Made by a program: the position numbers and the translations under genes
The notes under the pieces: generated by a model
What the model was told of the DNA's origin: nothing
What the model saw: the letters and a program-made list of their open reading frames with translations, nothing else
Database searches by the model: none
Shown here: one piece after another, positions 1 through 10,500 of the stretch
Layout: the number at the start of each line of letters is the position of its first letter
Numbering within the stretch: the first letter of the stretch is position 1
IMG/VR virus record: IMGVR_UViG_3300048913_000137
Location: 1-59,654 of that record
DNA length: 59,654 bases
Direction: 5' to 3' (one strand)
From: a virus

Positions 1-127
1 GACAAGCCTGACCATCGGCGTTCGGGTGTGCTTGCCGTTGACGTAGAGCGCGGCCAGGCGGGCGAAGCCGGTGGCGAAGCCGACGATCCCCCAAATCTCT
101 TGCGGCGCTATCGCCAGCAGGCCGGAC
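1..127. repeat. Terminal direct repeat identical to 59528..59654 (circular-assembly overlap or terminal redundancy)
   Basis: Bases 1-127 recur exactly as the last 127 bases of the window, so the unique genome length is 59,527 bp. Confidence 0.95.
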
Positions 128-273
128 CACAAGGCGGCGACTCGGGGATCGGCGAACATGCCAGGGTGGAGGATCACATATGCGCCCCACCCGGTCAGCA
201 GACCGGCGTTGAGCCATTCAAGGGCTCGGGCAGCGAAGTGTTTCCATCCTGGGTGCGACTCGATAAGTAGCAT
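1..273 (-). CDS. N-terminal part of a ~162-aa multi-pass membrane protein whose gene wraps the contig ends (continues 59527..59312)
   Basis: ATG at 273 with AAGGA 7 nt upstream. The minus frame is open to base 1 and in phase with ORF 59312..59542 through the overlap (...HTRTPMVRLVASFF...). Several hydrophobic segments. Confidence 0.6.
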   Translation of the reverse strand, partial: MLLIESHPGWKHFAARALEWLNAGLLTGWGAYVILHPGMFADPRVAALWSGLLAIAPQEIWGIVGFATGFARLAALYVNGKHTRTPMVRLV

Positions 274-363
274 GTCGTGGTCCTTCGTCAACGCCGCCCC
301 CGGAATTCGCAAAATGTCAAGTGTGCCCTGTTAGTCTCTTTCCGGGGGCTTGGCAACCCCTGC

Positions 364-374
364 GAAGTTACTTC
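364..374. repeat. Dispersed palindrome copy GAAGTTACTTC
   Basis: Abuts/overlaps the stop of the tail-fibre gene. Confidence 0.9.
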
Positions 375-1459
375 TATACGAAGTCAGCAATCGCGATCTC
401 CTGTATCTGTCCCGGTGTTTGCGGCGGGAAAGCAGACAAGACTATACCGATCATCTGCGTCTCGTAAGAAACGCCGTCCGCGCTCAAGTAAAGGTCAAAT
501 AGAGTGGGCGCTTGAAGCTGCTCGCCACCACTACCGGCGCGGGCTTGGACTGCCAAGTAGTTTACGGTGTTGCCCGATGTGGGGCTGACAGCATTATACC
601 AAGCCGGGCCTTGGTTCTGTGAACCATTGACCTGGAATTCCCACCAAGTCGCGTCGTTCCCGTCGATTGCCTTGCCAGGCGTATTTCCGCTGCTCGATCC
701 CTGCGCGGTAGCGGTGCCGCCGAGAAGGATATTGGTTCCCCCGGAAGCCGCGCTCGCCTTCAACTCGCCGATGCAATGGGCGAAGTAGCCGACGCTGCGG
801 ATGTAAAGGCCCACCGCCTTGACGTTGGTTTTATCCACGATGCGCGAGGCCGACCAAGGCAGGAACGTGGGATGAAGGCTGTGTGTGAAGGGACCCGCAA
901 AATTGAATGTCTCTTTGCCGTTTCCGCCGTGCATGTAGGCTTCCGGGTAGAAGGCCGGGATCAACCCGGTCATCGTGAAGCCGCCGGTTCCGGCAGTCGG
1001 GTTGCCGCTAACCGTTCCGTTCCTTCCGAACCATACTTTCTTGGCGTCGGCGTCAACATAAACGTCGATGACATCACCAGCGGCCCATGACCCCAGCCCC
1101 GATGTCCCGAAGCCCCCGTTGGTCCCCCAGCGTCCGTCATTGATGAAGTCAACGCCGTGCGTATCTGCGCCAAGGTAGGAGGATGTGATAGCAAACGGTC
1201 CCGAAATGCCGACACCGATCTCGCCGCCGGACATGGGCATGACATCGACGGTCATCTGGAACCGCCATTTGCCGGTGACTTTGCCGTGCTTCGCGCGGAC
1301 ATGGGTGACGCTGTTCGACGCCGACTTGGTTACAGTCAAGTCGCCGTTGCTGAAGGTCACGTTCGCCGCGCCTGCCCCCAACACACCGGCCGGATACAGG
1401 GTCGTCCCGATCACCGGAGCGGCCGAAGCGAATCGGCCGGATTGAACCATCATGCTCAT
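374..1459 (-). CDS. Tail fibre / receptor-binding protein with SPRY(B30.2)-like and F5/8 type C (discoidin)-like domains
   Basis: 361-aa ORF, last gene of the tail module. GKWRFQMTVD...GVGISG...GDVIDVYVDADAKKVWFGRNG resembles the SPRY signature. C-terminal GKAIDGNDATWWEF resembles discoidin. Confidence 0.6.
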   Translation of the reverse strand: MSMMVQSGRFASAAPVIGTTLYPAGVLGAGAANVTFSNGDLTVTKSASNSVTHVRAKHGKVTGKWRFQMTVDVMPMSGGEIGVGISGPFAITSSYLGADTHGVDFINDGRWGTNGGFGTSGLGSWAAGDVIDVYVDADAKKVWFGRNGTVSGNPTAGTGGFTMTGLIPAFYPEAYMHGGNGKETFNFAGPFTHSLHPTFLPWSASRIVDKTNVKAVGLYIRSVGYFAHCIGELKASAASGGTNILLGGTATAQGSSSGNTPGKAIDGNDATWWEFQVNGSQNQGPAWYNAVSPTSGNTVNYLAVQARAGSGGEQLQAPTLFDLYLSADGVSYETQMIGIVLSAFPPQTPGQIQEIAIADFV

Positions 1460-1460
1460 A

Positions 1461-2249
1461 TCACTGGTGCCCGATCAAATAGACCTTCAGCCCGGCAGCG
1501 CCGGTTCCGGCCACGTCGATGTCGATGGTGATCTCCGCATCATCCGCGAGCGCGCTGTCCGAGATGACGGCAGCGGTCGCCGCCGTGGCGGAAGTCTTCT
1601 CGCCCGAGTCGATGGAGAGCTTGGTTGAAAGGATCGTCGCGCCACCCTCATTGATGTCCACGGTAGGGTTGCCGCTCGACGAAGCCGTGGTGAGGCTTGC
1701 CTTCACCGCCGTCAGCGTGAACGCATAGGGCATCCGAAACGTGACCTTGGCCGCGCCCGTCGTGATCGCCGTTGTCTCGTCGCCGACTGCCACGATCAGC
1801 GATTCGGTGACGGTGCCACCGCCGCCTCCGCTTTCCGCCACCCAGGCTCCATCCTTGCGGACGTAGCCGGTGCCATCCTCCGGCGCTTCGGGGACGCCGA
1901 CCGCCGCTGCAACCGATTCCCAGGCCACGCCGTCGAAGCGATAGTCCTCTTCCTCGTCGAGCACGAAGACCTTCCAGCCCTCATGCGGTGTGATGTAAAC
2001 CCAGGCTTCCTCGCCCGTCTCGCCATCCCAAACGATGATCTCATTCGCGTGCGTGGCGTGCGCCTCGTCGAGAAGATGCACGTCGCCGAGCGCCGGGGTC
2101 GCAGGCTCCGCCGCTTCGATGGAGAGCACGACGGGCTGCACCAGGACGGAGAGCTTCAGCAGCCCCAGGTCTTGATCGTCCTTCCAGCCGTCTTGGCCGA
2201 GATCATAGAAAGCCCGAAGGCCGAGATTTGGTAGGTCACGCGCTGCCAT
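1461..2249 (-). CDS. Tail-associated protein, DUF2793-like N-terminus
   Basis: 262 aa. N-terminal LGLRAFYDLGQDGWKDDQDLGLLKLSVLVQ...GWKVFVLDEE..FDGVAWE matches my memory of DUF2793 proteins that follow GTA/J-like tail genes. Confidence 0.55.
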   Translation of the reverse strand: MAARDLPNLGLRAFYDLGQDGWKDDQDLGLLKLSVLVQPVVLSIEAAEPATPALGDVHLLDEAHATHANEIIVWDGETGEEAWVYITPHEGWKVFVLDEEEDYRFDGVAWESVAAAVGVPEAPEDGTGYVRKDGAWVAESGGGGGTVTESLIVAVGDETTAITTGAAKVTFRMPYAFTLTAVKASLTTASSSGNPTVDINEGGATILSTKLSIDSGEKTSATAATAAVISDSALADDAEITIDIDVAGTGAAGLKVYLIGHQ

Positions 2250-2260
2250 TTGCTGTCTCC

Positions 2261-2271
2261 GAAGTTACTTC
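2261..2271. repeat. Dispersed palindrome copy GAAGTTACTTC
   Basis: Intergenic, 12 nt upstream of the start at 2249. Confidence 0.9.
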
Positions 2272-2276
2272 CGCTA

Positions 2277-4592
2277 TCATGCTCCGCCCCAATTCAGACC
2301 CCAGCCGTAGCCCCAGCCGGAGCGAAGGATAACGCGGAAGCTGGCAACTTGCCAGGATTCCAATTCATCCCTGACGCTGACGATCTCCATCCGCACGGTC
2401 GAAGGCGGGTTGTCCTCCGCCTGCATGGTGCCATCATAGGTCCACGTCAAGTCGGTGATGCCCTCCACGGTGCGGAGCGGCGTCGTGTCGTCGGCGGGAT
2501 CATAGACGCGGATGGTGTAGGTCTGCCCCGTTTCCCCCAGCACGCTCGACTCGAAATAGCCGACCAGGTGATCCGCCTGGGTGATGCGGTTGCGGCTCGC
2601 CCATGTGATAACCGGCTCGCTGTTCTCGCCCGTCACCCCATAGATGGAGATGCCATTGACCCGGACATCGGCAGGCGGATATGGGCGAGCCTGGCGGCCG
2701 ACCAATTCCAGGGTGTTGGGATCGGCATCGGCCATGTCGAGCACGCCGGATGAGATGCGGGTGAGCACCTTGGACTGCACTGTCTCGCCCGTCGTGTAGG
2801 CGATGGTGTCGTTGACGAGATCGTCGTCATAGGTCCACATGCGGGTGCCAGCCGCGTGCTCGGCAGGCAGGGTATCGGCCACGCCGCGCTTCACAGTCGC
2901 GGTCAGCGTCTCGTCGTCGAAGTCCACGATCTCGACAAGCTCATTGCCGATCAACATGGCGTCGCCGATGGCACCGGATTCCAGCGCGTTCGGATCGACG
3001 ACATCGAACACAGTCTGCGTCGCGGTGATGTCGGTATCCAGCCGCGCATAGCCGGTGAAGCTGCCGGTGGCGCGCACGACAAATTCGGCCTCGCCGTCCG
3101 CCTTGGTGGCGAGATCGTATTGATAGCTTGTCATGTTCGGCGCGGCGGCAAGCTGCCCCATATAGGCGGCGTCGAGCGGCGCAGCAGCGGCGTCACCAGC
3201 ACCCATGATGCGGTAGATGTCGCGGTAGCCCGCTTCGATCAGGCGTTGATCCGGCGAAGGCACCGGCTCCGAAGGCGGCGGGAACCAGCCGCCAGGCGCG
3301 GGCGTGACGTAGCTGGTGGACGGGAGCCCGAAGACATCCTGGATCGCTTTGATGCTGATTTGCCCGTTGAGCATGTTGCCATCGTCGATCTCGCCCGAGC
3401 GCAGCACGACGTTGTTGATGCCCCGCTTCGGATCGGAGATGCGGAAGGGCATTCCAGGGGCGACGCGCCAGCCCCGGCGATCCAGGACAACGGTGTATTT
3501 CTTCAGGCCGCCAGCATTGGCGCGGAGATCGCGGAGCACCACCCTGGACAGCAGGGTCTTGGTGGGGATGCCGCGATAGTCCTGGTCAAGCGATGCCACC
3601 GCCTGCTGCGACTGGAACGCGGCGATGTTCTGCGCCCGCATCTGGAAGTCTTGATTGGTGACGGGATCGCGGCCGGTGCCGATCACTTCGTTGAAGGACG
3701 AATCGGCCGTGGCCGAATCATCGTCGATGATGTCGAGCAAGCCGGTGTCCGGCGTGAAGAGCGGAAGGTCATCGACGAAGTAATCATCGCGGACTAGGCG
3801 GAGAACGATCAGGCCAGTCTCGCGATCCGTATAGAGCACCGCTCCGATGAGATCGCAAATCTTCTGGATGAAAACGTCGATGTCTTCCTTGCGATACCAG
3901 GCCAGGCAAAGGCCGAATGCCTCATTGCAAAGCTGGTTGGCCGCGTAGATGAAGGAGCTTTCGTCCAGGCGATTGGCGGGCAAGCCCCGGCCCCATTGCG
4001 GATTGGTGCAAGCCTCATAGATGATGTGCGCGCCATTCATCGACCGGATAGCGCCGTTCTCCAAAGAGATCAGCGCCTTCTCGGGATACCAGGGCACACC
4101 GCCATACCACCCCTTGCGGTAGCGGCGAACGCGGAAGCTCCATTCTTTGATGTAGGGATTCATGCACGACACAAGGCCGTTGAACCACAGCGTCACGACG
4201 CCGCGAAACTCCGACACCGTGCCGGTCGCGATGGATTCCTTGACGGACGGCAGGAAGAATTCGCGGGTGCCACCAAGCAGCGCGCGGAAGATGCCATTCT
4301 TGCCGCCGCTGCTGCCGACGCCGCCGTAATTCTGCCCGCCGGGAAGCACCTGGTTCGGCTCGCCCATCCAGACCGCGAACGGCCCCTGGATGCCACCTTC
4401 CTTCTTCTCGCCGCCGAACAGGTCTGGCTTATTGATGTAGCCGAACGTGATCGGATCGACGATCTGCCCGGTGAAGACATCCTTGTCGGCCGCTTCCCAT
4501 CCCACGAATTCATCCACAGGTCCACGGCACAAGCCGGACAGGATGCTCATGTAGTAGCGATAGCCGATAGTCTGTTTCTTACTGCTGCCCAT
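2277..4592 (-). CDS. Central tail fibre / host-specificity protein (lambda gpJ-like)
   Basis: Large ORF after the gpL-like gene. NGAHIIYEACTNPQWGRGLP..LDESSF resembles the gpJ block NMAWCLWDMLTHPRYGMG. Start chosen at MGSSKK (GGAG 5 nt upstream) rather than 4610. Confidence 0.7.
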   Translation of the reverse strand: MGSSKKQTIGYRYYMSILSGLCRGPVDEFVGWEAADKDVFTGQIVDPITFGYINKPDLFGGEKKEGGIQGPFAVWMGEPNQVLPGGQNYGGVGSSGGKNGIFRALLGGTREFFLPSVKESIATGTVSEFRGVVTLWFNGLVSCMNPYIKEWSFRVRRYRKGWYGGVPWYPEKALISLENGAIRSMNGAHIIYEACTNPQWGRGLPANRLDESSFIYAANQLCNEAFGLCLAWYRKEDIDVFIQKICDLIGAVLYTDRETGLIVLRLVRDDYFVDDLPLFTPDTGLLDIIDDDSATADSSFNEVIGTGRDPVTNQDFQMRAQNIAAFQSQQAVASLDQDYRGIPTKTLLSRVVLRDLRANAGGLKKYTVVLDRRGWRVAPGMPFRISDPKRGINNVVLRSGEIDDGNMLNGQISIKAIQDVFGLPSTSYVTPAPGGWFPPPSEPVPSPDQRLIEAGYRDIYRIMGAGDAAAAPLDAAYMGQLAAAPNMTSYQYDLATKADGEAEFVVRATGSFTGYARLDTDITATQTVFDVVDPNALESGAIGDAMLIGNELVEIVDFDDETLTATVKRGVADTLPAEHAAGTRMWTYDDDLVNDTIAYTTGETVQSKVLTRISSGVLDMADADPNTLELVGRQARPYPPADVRVNGISIYGVTGENSEPVITWASRNRITQADHLVGYFESSVLGETGQTYTIRVYDPADDTTPLRTVEGITDLTWTYDGTMQAEDNPPSTVRMEIVSVRDELESWQVASFRVILRSGWGYGWGLNWGGA

Positions 4593-4800
4593 CTCGCTCC
4601 GCCCTTGCAATCTCGACCACGCGCTTAGCGAACGGGTCGCCTGTCTCTAACAGCTTTTCCCCAGGGATGCCACCCGCAAGAAACTCGTTCCAGGCCAAGC
4701 CGTTGTGCTTCCACCAGTCGCGAGCGCCACCCGAGCAAATCTTAGCCATGCGGATGTGGCGCATGAAGACTTGCGGTTCGGAAGTTACTTCCTCGCTCAT
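4579..4800 (-). CDS. Small tail-module protein (hypothetical)
   Basis: Internal start MSEEVTSEPQ of ORF 4579..5151, coupled to the stop of the upstream gene. The longer N-terminal extension overlaps ORF 4800..5033. Confidence 0.5.
   Translation of the reverse strand: MSEEVTSEPQVFMRHIRMAKICSGGARDWWKHNGLAWNEFLAGGIPGEKLLETGDPFAKRVVEIARAERDGQQ
4781..4791. repeat. Dispersed palindrome copy GAAGTTACTTC
   Basis: In CDS 4579..4800, read as EVTS. Confidence 0.9.
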
Positions 4801-5033
4801 CACTTCTTGCCCTTCGACTGGATTTTGCTGGTGCGGTAGTTGCCGAACCACAGCACTTGCCAGCCGTCCAGCCAGACATCGCCGAACACAACCGCATGAG
4901 GCGTGCCCTCGTCCACCTGGGGGATGTCGAAGTCCTCCAACGTGGCCGCCTGTTGGTTCTGCGTTTTCATGGTCAGCATCGTGATCGCGTAGCTCGCGAC
5001 AAGCAGGACAAGAGCCCAAGCGAAAAGTGGCAT
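4800..5033 (-). CDS. Small membrane-anchored tail-module protein (gpI-position)
   Basis: 77 aa, N-terminal hydrophobic helix FAWALVLLVASYAITML, sits between the gpL-like and gpJ-like genes. Confidence 0.5.
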   Translation of the reverse strand: MPLFAWALVLLVASYAITMLTMKTQNQQAATLEDFDIPQVDEGTPHAVVFGDVWLDGWQVLWFGNYRTSKIQSKGKK

Positions 5034-5042
5034 GTGGTCCTC

Positions 5043-5867
5043 CTAGAAAATCAGGGTGCCAAAAGGCGTCTCGCCCGGCATGAAGTCGAAGCCGCCATAG
5101 TTGGGGTTGTTGTTGAATTTGTCTTTGCATGTGATCGGCCGCCGGTCGCACCCAGGATAGCAGGCCACCGTCAGCCCGACTTCCAGGCCATCGGTGATCC
5201 CGAAGACCGTCAGGACGTTCCCCGCGTGCTTTTCGATCATGCGACGCTCAATCGTGCCGTCGTCGTTGATCTCCCAGGCGATGAATCCCCCGGTGAAGTA
5301 TCCCTCCGGCTTGCTGCCATCGTCTTCCAGGGTGATGGTGTTGCCGGTCATGGAGTCGATCACGACGTTGACCCGATACGCTTCCGGGTTGACCTTGCAC
5401 CCAGCGTCATAGAGGAAGTGCGGGCACTCGCGCGTCCAGCACAGCCGAAGCCCGGTGCGCTTGAAGCTGGCGGTGAGCGGCTTGCCGATGATCTGCGCCG
5501 ACGACAAGGAGAGGCGCTTGACGTTGTTGACCGTGCCCGTCCAGTAGATCGGTGCGTCCGGCTCGCCGAAATGCTGGCGGCGCACCGTCAGCCAAATCGT
5601 CTCGCTTGGAGGCGTGCCACGAAACAGGCCGACGATGGGTAGGTCAGCCGGGCAATCAACCGTGAAGTCGTTCGCCGACGATCCGCCCTGCACCATGCCG
5701 CCATCGGACACAGCCTTGGCGAGAAACAGGTTGCCCGATCCCACCGGATATTCGATGTCCCGATCCGCCGACGTGTAGCGCCAGATGGTGTTGCCCCATT
5801 CCAGCGTATAGAGGGCAATCGGCCGACCGTCTTCGTTGGAAATTTCTGCCGAGTTGTAGGACATCAC
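5043..5867 (-). CDS. Tail tip protein, gpL-like (DUF2163 / BR0599-type C-terminal Cys motif)
   Basis: 274 aa. C-terminal CYPGCDRRPITCKDKFNNNPNYGGFDFMP resembles the gpL/BR0599 Cys cluster. Position is upstream of the J-like gene. Confidence 0.65.
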   Translation of the reverse strand: MMSYNSAEISNEDGRPIALYTLEWGNTIWRYTSADRDIEYPVGSGNLFLAKAVSDGGMVQGGSSANDFTVDCPADLPIVGLFRGTPPSETIWLTVRRQHFGEPDAPIYWTGTVNNVKRLSLSSAQIIGKPLTASFKRTGLRLCWTRECPHFLYDAGCKVNPEAYRVNVVIDSMTGNTITLEDDGSKPEGYFTGGFIAWEINDDGTIERRMIEKHAGNVLTVFGITDGLEVGLTVACYPGCDRRPITCKDKFNNNPNYGGFDFMPGETPFGTLIF

Positions 5868-7564
5868 ACCGTTCCAATCTGTGCGATAAGCGAGATACCG
5901 CCACGGTTATCGCTCGGGTTGTTGTCGAAGGGCGACGTGACCCGATACTGCGTGTAGCCGGTCAAGACCACCGGCATGAGATCGGCAGCTTCAGCGAAGG
6001 CGGCGGCCTCCGTAGGCTGCAACAGGTTCGACATGCCGTGCTGGTATGGGTCATAAATCAGCACTTCCGCGCCGCCGTAGAGCTTGCCATAGACGTAGAA
6101 GCGATTCGTCCAGGTCTGACCGGGGACCGGGGAGTTGCCGCCGCCGATGCCCGCGTCATTGTTCCAGGCCGACCAGCCATCCCACATGAGCCCCGGATCG
6201 TTCGCGACGGAGGGCTTGGTCACATAGAGGAATTGGTCTGGCAGGGCGTTGACATAGACCGATCCGCCCGCGCCGCCGAACGCCTTTGCATCCACGTTGA
6301 GATATTGCGGCTCGCCGAAGTCGATGCCGCACGGCAGGATGTTCTTCACGCCGACCGGGATGGGGACGTAGATCACGCCGCCGGGGTTGCGCGTGTCGCT
6401 GAAGGTCTTCCAGGTGACGGAGCACTCCATCGCGCCATCGGTGTCGGCGTGGTGCTGAATCTCGACGGCATCCTGATTGAGCCTGGCCGGGGCCATGAAG
6501 CTCCCACGGCGGCCCACAGGGATCGCGGCACCCAAGCCTGCCCCGATCCTCAATCGCTCTTCCTGGGGCGACTGCGGGGCTCCCAGGTCAGTGATTCGTG
6601 CCGAGACGCCGTTGACCCGGATCACGTCGCGGCCGGGGATGATCTCGCCCTGGCCCGCATAGCTCATGCCGATCTTCTGGATGTCGAGATTCAGCGCCCC
6701 GTTGAGCGCCGCGCGACTGGTCACGAAGTCCTCATTGTAGGAGGGAATCCAGACCGACCGCTGCCGACCGCGAAGCCAGTAGAGCATTGACCGAAACTCG
6801 GACTGCGCTTGTCGGCCGTGGCGCATGTAGCTATGCGACTGGACCTGAAAGGCGCGATCCACCGGGTCGATCCGATAGGGGATGCCGGTGGTGTTGTCTC
6901 GATCTTCGGACAGGCGGGTGTGGTTGACGGTGATGTCCGACGAGCGGTTCGGCGCGTCCACCAGGACCGGCCGCCCCTCGAAGTGATTGCCGGGCATGAC
7001 CGCGAAATACTCGTTCGCCTCCACCATCGTCCACAGCAGCACGGACTCGCCGACGCGCGAGGACAGCGCGCGAAGCTCCGTCTCGTTCTGAAGCCGGGCG
7101 TGGCGGAGCGGATAGACCGACGTGCCTTTGGGCCAGTCACCGTCGAGCGGCACGTCCAGGTCCAGGCCGTTGACATCCTGCCCGCCGATGGAGATCACTT
7201 CCCAGGTCCAGGCGTCTTTGTAGAGGATCGCCAGCCCGCCCACGCCATGCTCGCGGTAGGTGTTGTCGAAGTTGATCCGCTCGTCGCCCTCGTCGGCGCT
7301 GGCGGACAGCCGAGCCTTGTCGAACCAGATGGGGAAGAGCCAATCGCTGCTGCCCTGCCGGTGAAGCAGGAGATCGACGAAGGACCGCTCATTGTGAGTC
7401 GGGTTGATCGTGATCTCCAAGGAGCGGCGCGGGGATACGCGGAGTGACCGGCGCTGCTCGGCCCCGCTCGACGACGTGAGCACGTCCGTCAGCCATTCCA
7501 GGCGTTCCAGGATGCCACCCTTCCAGTTAGGACGGATGCTCCACACAGGCAGAGTCGGTTCCAT
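5864..7564 (-). CDS. Distal tail / tail tip protein (gpM-position)
   Basis: 566-aa ORF immediately downstream of the tape measure gene, ATGATG-coupled to the next gene. Confidence 0.5.
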   Translation of the reverse strand: MEPTLPVWSIRPNWKGGILERLEWLTDVLTSSSGAEQRRSLRVSPRRSLEITINPTHNERSFVDLLLHRQGSSDWLFPIWFDKARLSASADEGDERINFDNTYREHGVGGLAILYKDAWTWEVISIGGQDVNGLDLDVPLDGDWPKGTSVYPLRHARLQNETELRALSSRVGESVLLWTMVEANEYFAVMPGNHFEGRPVLVDAPNRSSDITVNHTRLSEDRDNTTGIPYRIDPVDRAFQVQSHSYMRHGRQAQSEFRSMLYWLRGRQRSVWIPSYNEDFVTSRAALNGALNLDIQKIGMSYAGQGEIIPGRDVIRVNGVSARITDLGAPQSPQEERLRIGAGLGAAIPVGRRGSFMAPARLNQDAVEIQHHADTDGAMECSVTWKTFSDTRNPGGVIYVPIPVGVKNILPCGIDFGEPQYLNVDAKAFGGAGGSVYVNALPDQFLYVTKPSVANDPGLMWDGWSAWNNDAGIGGGNSPVPGQTWTNRFYVYGKLYGGAEVLIYDPYQHGMSNLLQPTEAAAFAEAADLMPVVLTGYTQYRVTSPFDNNPSDNRGGISLIAQIGTV

Positions 7565-7565
7565 A

Positions 7566-10500
7566 TCAGTCCTTCAGCAATTGCTTAATCAGCGGCACAT
7601 TACGACGAAGATGCGTCACTGTCACCTTCTCTCCTGCCATGCCCTGCATCGCCGCCGCAACCTGGTCATCACCGAACGCGAGCACCTGGCGCAAGCCGGT
7701 GGCCGACTCGCCGGAACCGGCCGCCCGCTTGGCCTCCGCCCGCTGCTGCTCTTCGGTCAAGACCTTCTCGCCGCGTTCCAGGACCGCCACCATCTCATTG
7801 TTCTTCAGGCCCGCGCCCTGGGTGCCCTCATGATAGCGGGGCACGGCGGCCAACATCGACGGGTGAAGGTCGAAGCTCGACCGGGTGCGACGCGACGAGC
7901 CGCCGCCGACGCCGCCAGGGCCGGTGCCGCTATGGAAGAAGAAACCACCCAGGCCACCGCCACCGCCCGGCAGGCCGAGCGCCGACTGGATCGCCTTCAG
8001 GATGAGCGCCTGGATAATCATCTTCGCGATCTCGGCCAGGAATGTGGCCGCGAAGTTGAGGAAGGTATCAAGCAGTCCGTTGAATGCGTCGCCCACGCTC
8101 ATCGTGCCGGTGGCAAGACCGGCAAGACCCTTCGCGAAGGAGTCGAACATATTCATGCCGCCCTGAAGCAACTGGTTCTGCACCAGGTTGTTGAGCTTCA
8201 GCACGTTCTCATTCGTGTAGGTCGATTGCGCGGTCACGGCCTGCAACTTCGCGATCCATGCGTCATAGACCTGGGGCTGGATCACCCCAAGCTGGCGCAT
8301 GAGATCAAGGGTCTGCTGGATGACCCGCACTTGCTCGGCAATCATCGGCTGGCTTGTGGCGAAAGCTGCCGCCGTGTCACGCTGCGCGTCGGCCTGGGTC
8401 TTCAGCCCAAGCTCGACGAGGGTGTTGTTCGCCGAGATCAGGTTGTTCCGCTCGGCGATGATTTGGTTGAGCTTGGCTTCCTCCGCGCCGAGCCGGGTGT
8501 TGGCGGTCTTGGCGACATCCGACTGCATCGGACCCTGCTGCGCCTGCCCGCTGATACGCTCCATCTTATCGAGGAACGCCTGAAGCTCGGGCGAGGGCGT
8601 AGCACCAGCGATAGACGTGGCGAATTGACCGGCCGCACCCGCGAGTTGCTGGATGACCGGGTTGAGGCGCGAAGTTACTTCCGACGATTCTTTGATCGCC
8701 TGCGCCGAAGTGATAGCACCACGGTTAGCACGCTCTTCAATGTCGGCGAGAAGCTGTTTGCGCTGGTTGAGGACATCGTTGACCTGATCCTCATAGACCT
8801 TCAACTGCGCCTGCTGCGTCAGGATCGTCTTGTTCGCGTCAAGCTGCGCGCGGTAGGCGTCGATGGTGAGCCCACCGATGGTGCCCTTGCCCTGCGTCAG
8901 CTTGGCGAAGTCGTCGAGCTTCCGGTAGAGCCGGTCATACTGCTTGTCCACGGCGGTCGAAGCATTGGCCAGGGCTTCGGTGATGCCGCCGGTCGCAACC
9001 TTCGCCACCTTTGCATCCATGCCGTCAAGGCCGGACTGAAGGGATTCCTCCGCCGACTCGATCCGGTTCTGAAGCGCAGCGGCTTCGCGCGCCGCCTTGT
9101 CCCGCTCGGACTGTGCCTTCTTCGCCGCGCTCGCGCCCTTCTTGCGCCCCTCTTCGGCGAGCGCATTGGACTCCTTCTGCCGGGCAAGCGCCGCCAACTG
9201 GTCACGCTCTTCATCCGACGCGCCGGACGGTGCCTTGCGGCGGGCTTCGATCTCGGCATTGCGGAGTCGCTCTTCGCGCGTCAGCAGCTTGCGGGCCTTC
9301 AACTCCCGCTGTGCATCGGCGATGGCGTCCTGGCCTTCCTTCGTCGGGCCGGTGGTGCGGCCACCCCTGGGGTCGCCCTGGGGCCGCTGTGGTGCCTGCG
9401 GAGCCCGACCTTGACCGTTGACCGCCGCATTGCCCGCTTGCTCATGAGAGAAGCCCCTGGCGCGCAGCAGCAGATAGTTGAGGCCGACCAGGGCGTTGTT
9501 CACGTCGGCGATGAAGTCTTTCACCACCGTCGTCGAGCCGAGATAATCCAGGAAGGAGCGGAAGGCACCCTTGAAATTGTCAACCGCGTTCTTCCACGGC
9601 CCATTCATCTTCGACGCGCCTTCGTCCATCGACGCATAGAAGCGGTCGAAGACGATCCGGCGAGCTTCGGACTCCTGCCCGCTGTCATACATGGCGCGGA
9701 TGTGCTCGCGCTCCGACACCGTGAGGAAGTTGAATTGCTCGTCGAGCTTCACCACCTGGTCATAGCCGCCGGAGAGCGCGTCGGTCAGCAGTTGTGCCGC
9801 CTCCGGCATTTCCACGCCGGTCGCGTCGCTGGCATTCTTGATCGCCACGGTGAAGGCGTCGATGTATTGCGGGTCAAGCCCGGCTTCGTTGAGATTCTGA
9901 AGGATCGTCATCGCGTCTTCGGCCGAGACGCCGAAGTCCTGCAATGCGATACTGGCGTTCGCCATCTGCTGCGCGGTGATGTCGCCGCCGTCGCCGATCC
10001 GCGCGATGTAGGCTTCGGCCGACTTCAGGGCTTCCGCGCGATCCCCGGCGCGCGAGATCGCCGCCGCCAGGGTGCCGACCGCAACCGCTGCCGCCGCGAC
10101 GAGGGGGATGAAGACCGCGAACCGGGCGATGAGATTCTGCATCGCCGGGATTTGGTAAATCTGACCGAACTGCTGCGCGAACGCCTGGGTGATCGGGGTC
10201 CCGGATGCAACCTGGGTGATGAGATCGTTGACCTGGTAGCCAAGGTTCTGCATGTCCTGAAGGCTGAAGCCGAAAGGAGTCGACGCTCCCCCGGTCTTGC
10301 CCGCGATCTCGTTCTGCGCCGCTGCCGCTTCCTTGGCGGCCTGGGTCAACCGCTGCTCGGCCTGGGTGAGATCGTTGACATCCACGCCTGCCTTGCGGAG
10401 CTTGCCACCCATCTGCTCGGCCAGGTTGCCGTCGCGCTGCATCTCGCGCCCGGCCGCTTCCAGCGCCGCCTCCGCACGCGACAACGCCTTCGCCATCTCG

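Noticed and set aside
364-384. Resemblance of GAAGTTACTTCTATACGAAGT to FRT/lox-type recombinase sites
   Set aside because: Only the outer GAAGTT...AACTTC letters resemble FRT arms. No tyrosine recombinase gene is present, and the other copies lack a comparable spacer-plus-arm architecture.
4579-5151. 190-aa ORF as one gene
   Set aside because: Its N-terminal 117 codons overlap ORF 4800..5033 and the end of the gpL-like gene, and they are Arg/His/Gly-rich. The internal start at 4800 is coupled to the upstream stop and gives a plausible 73-aa protein.
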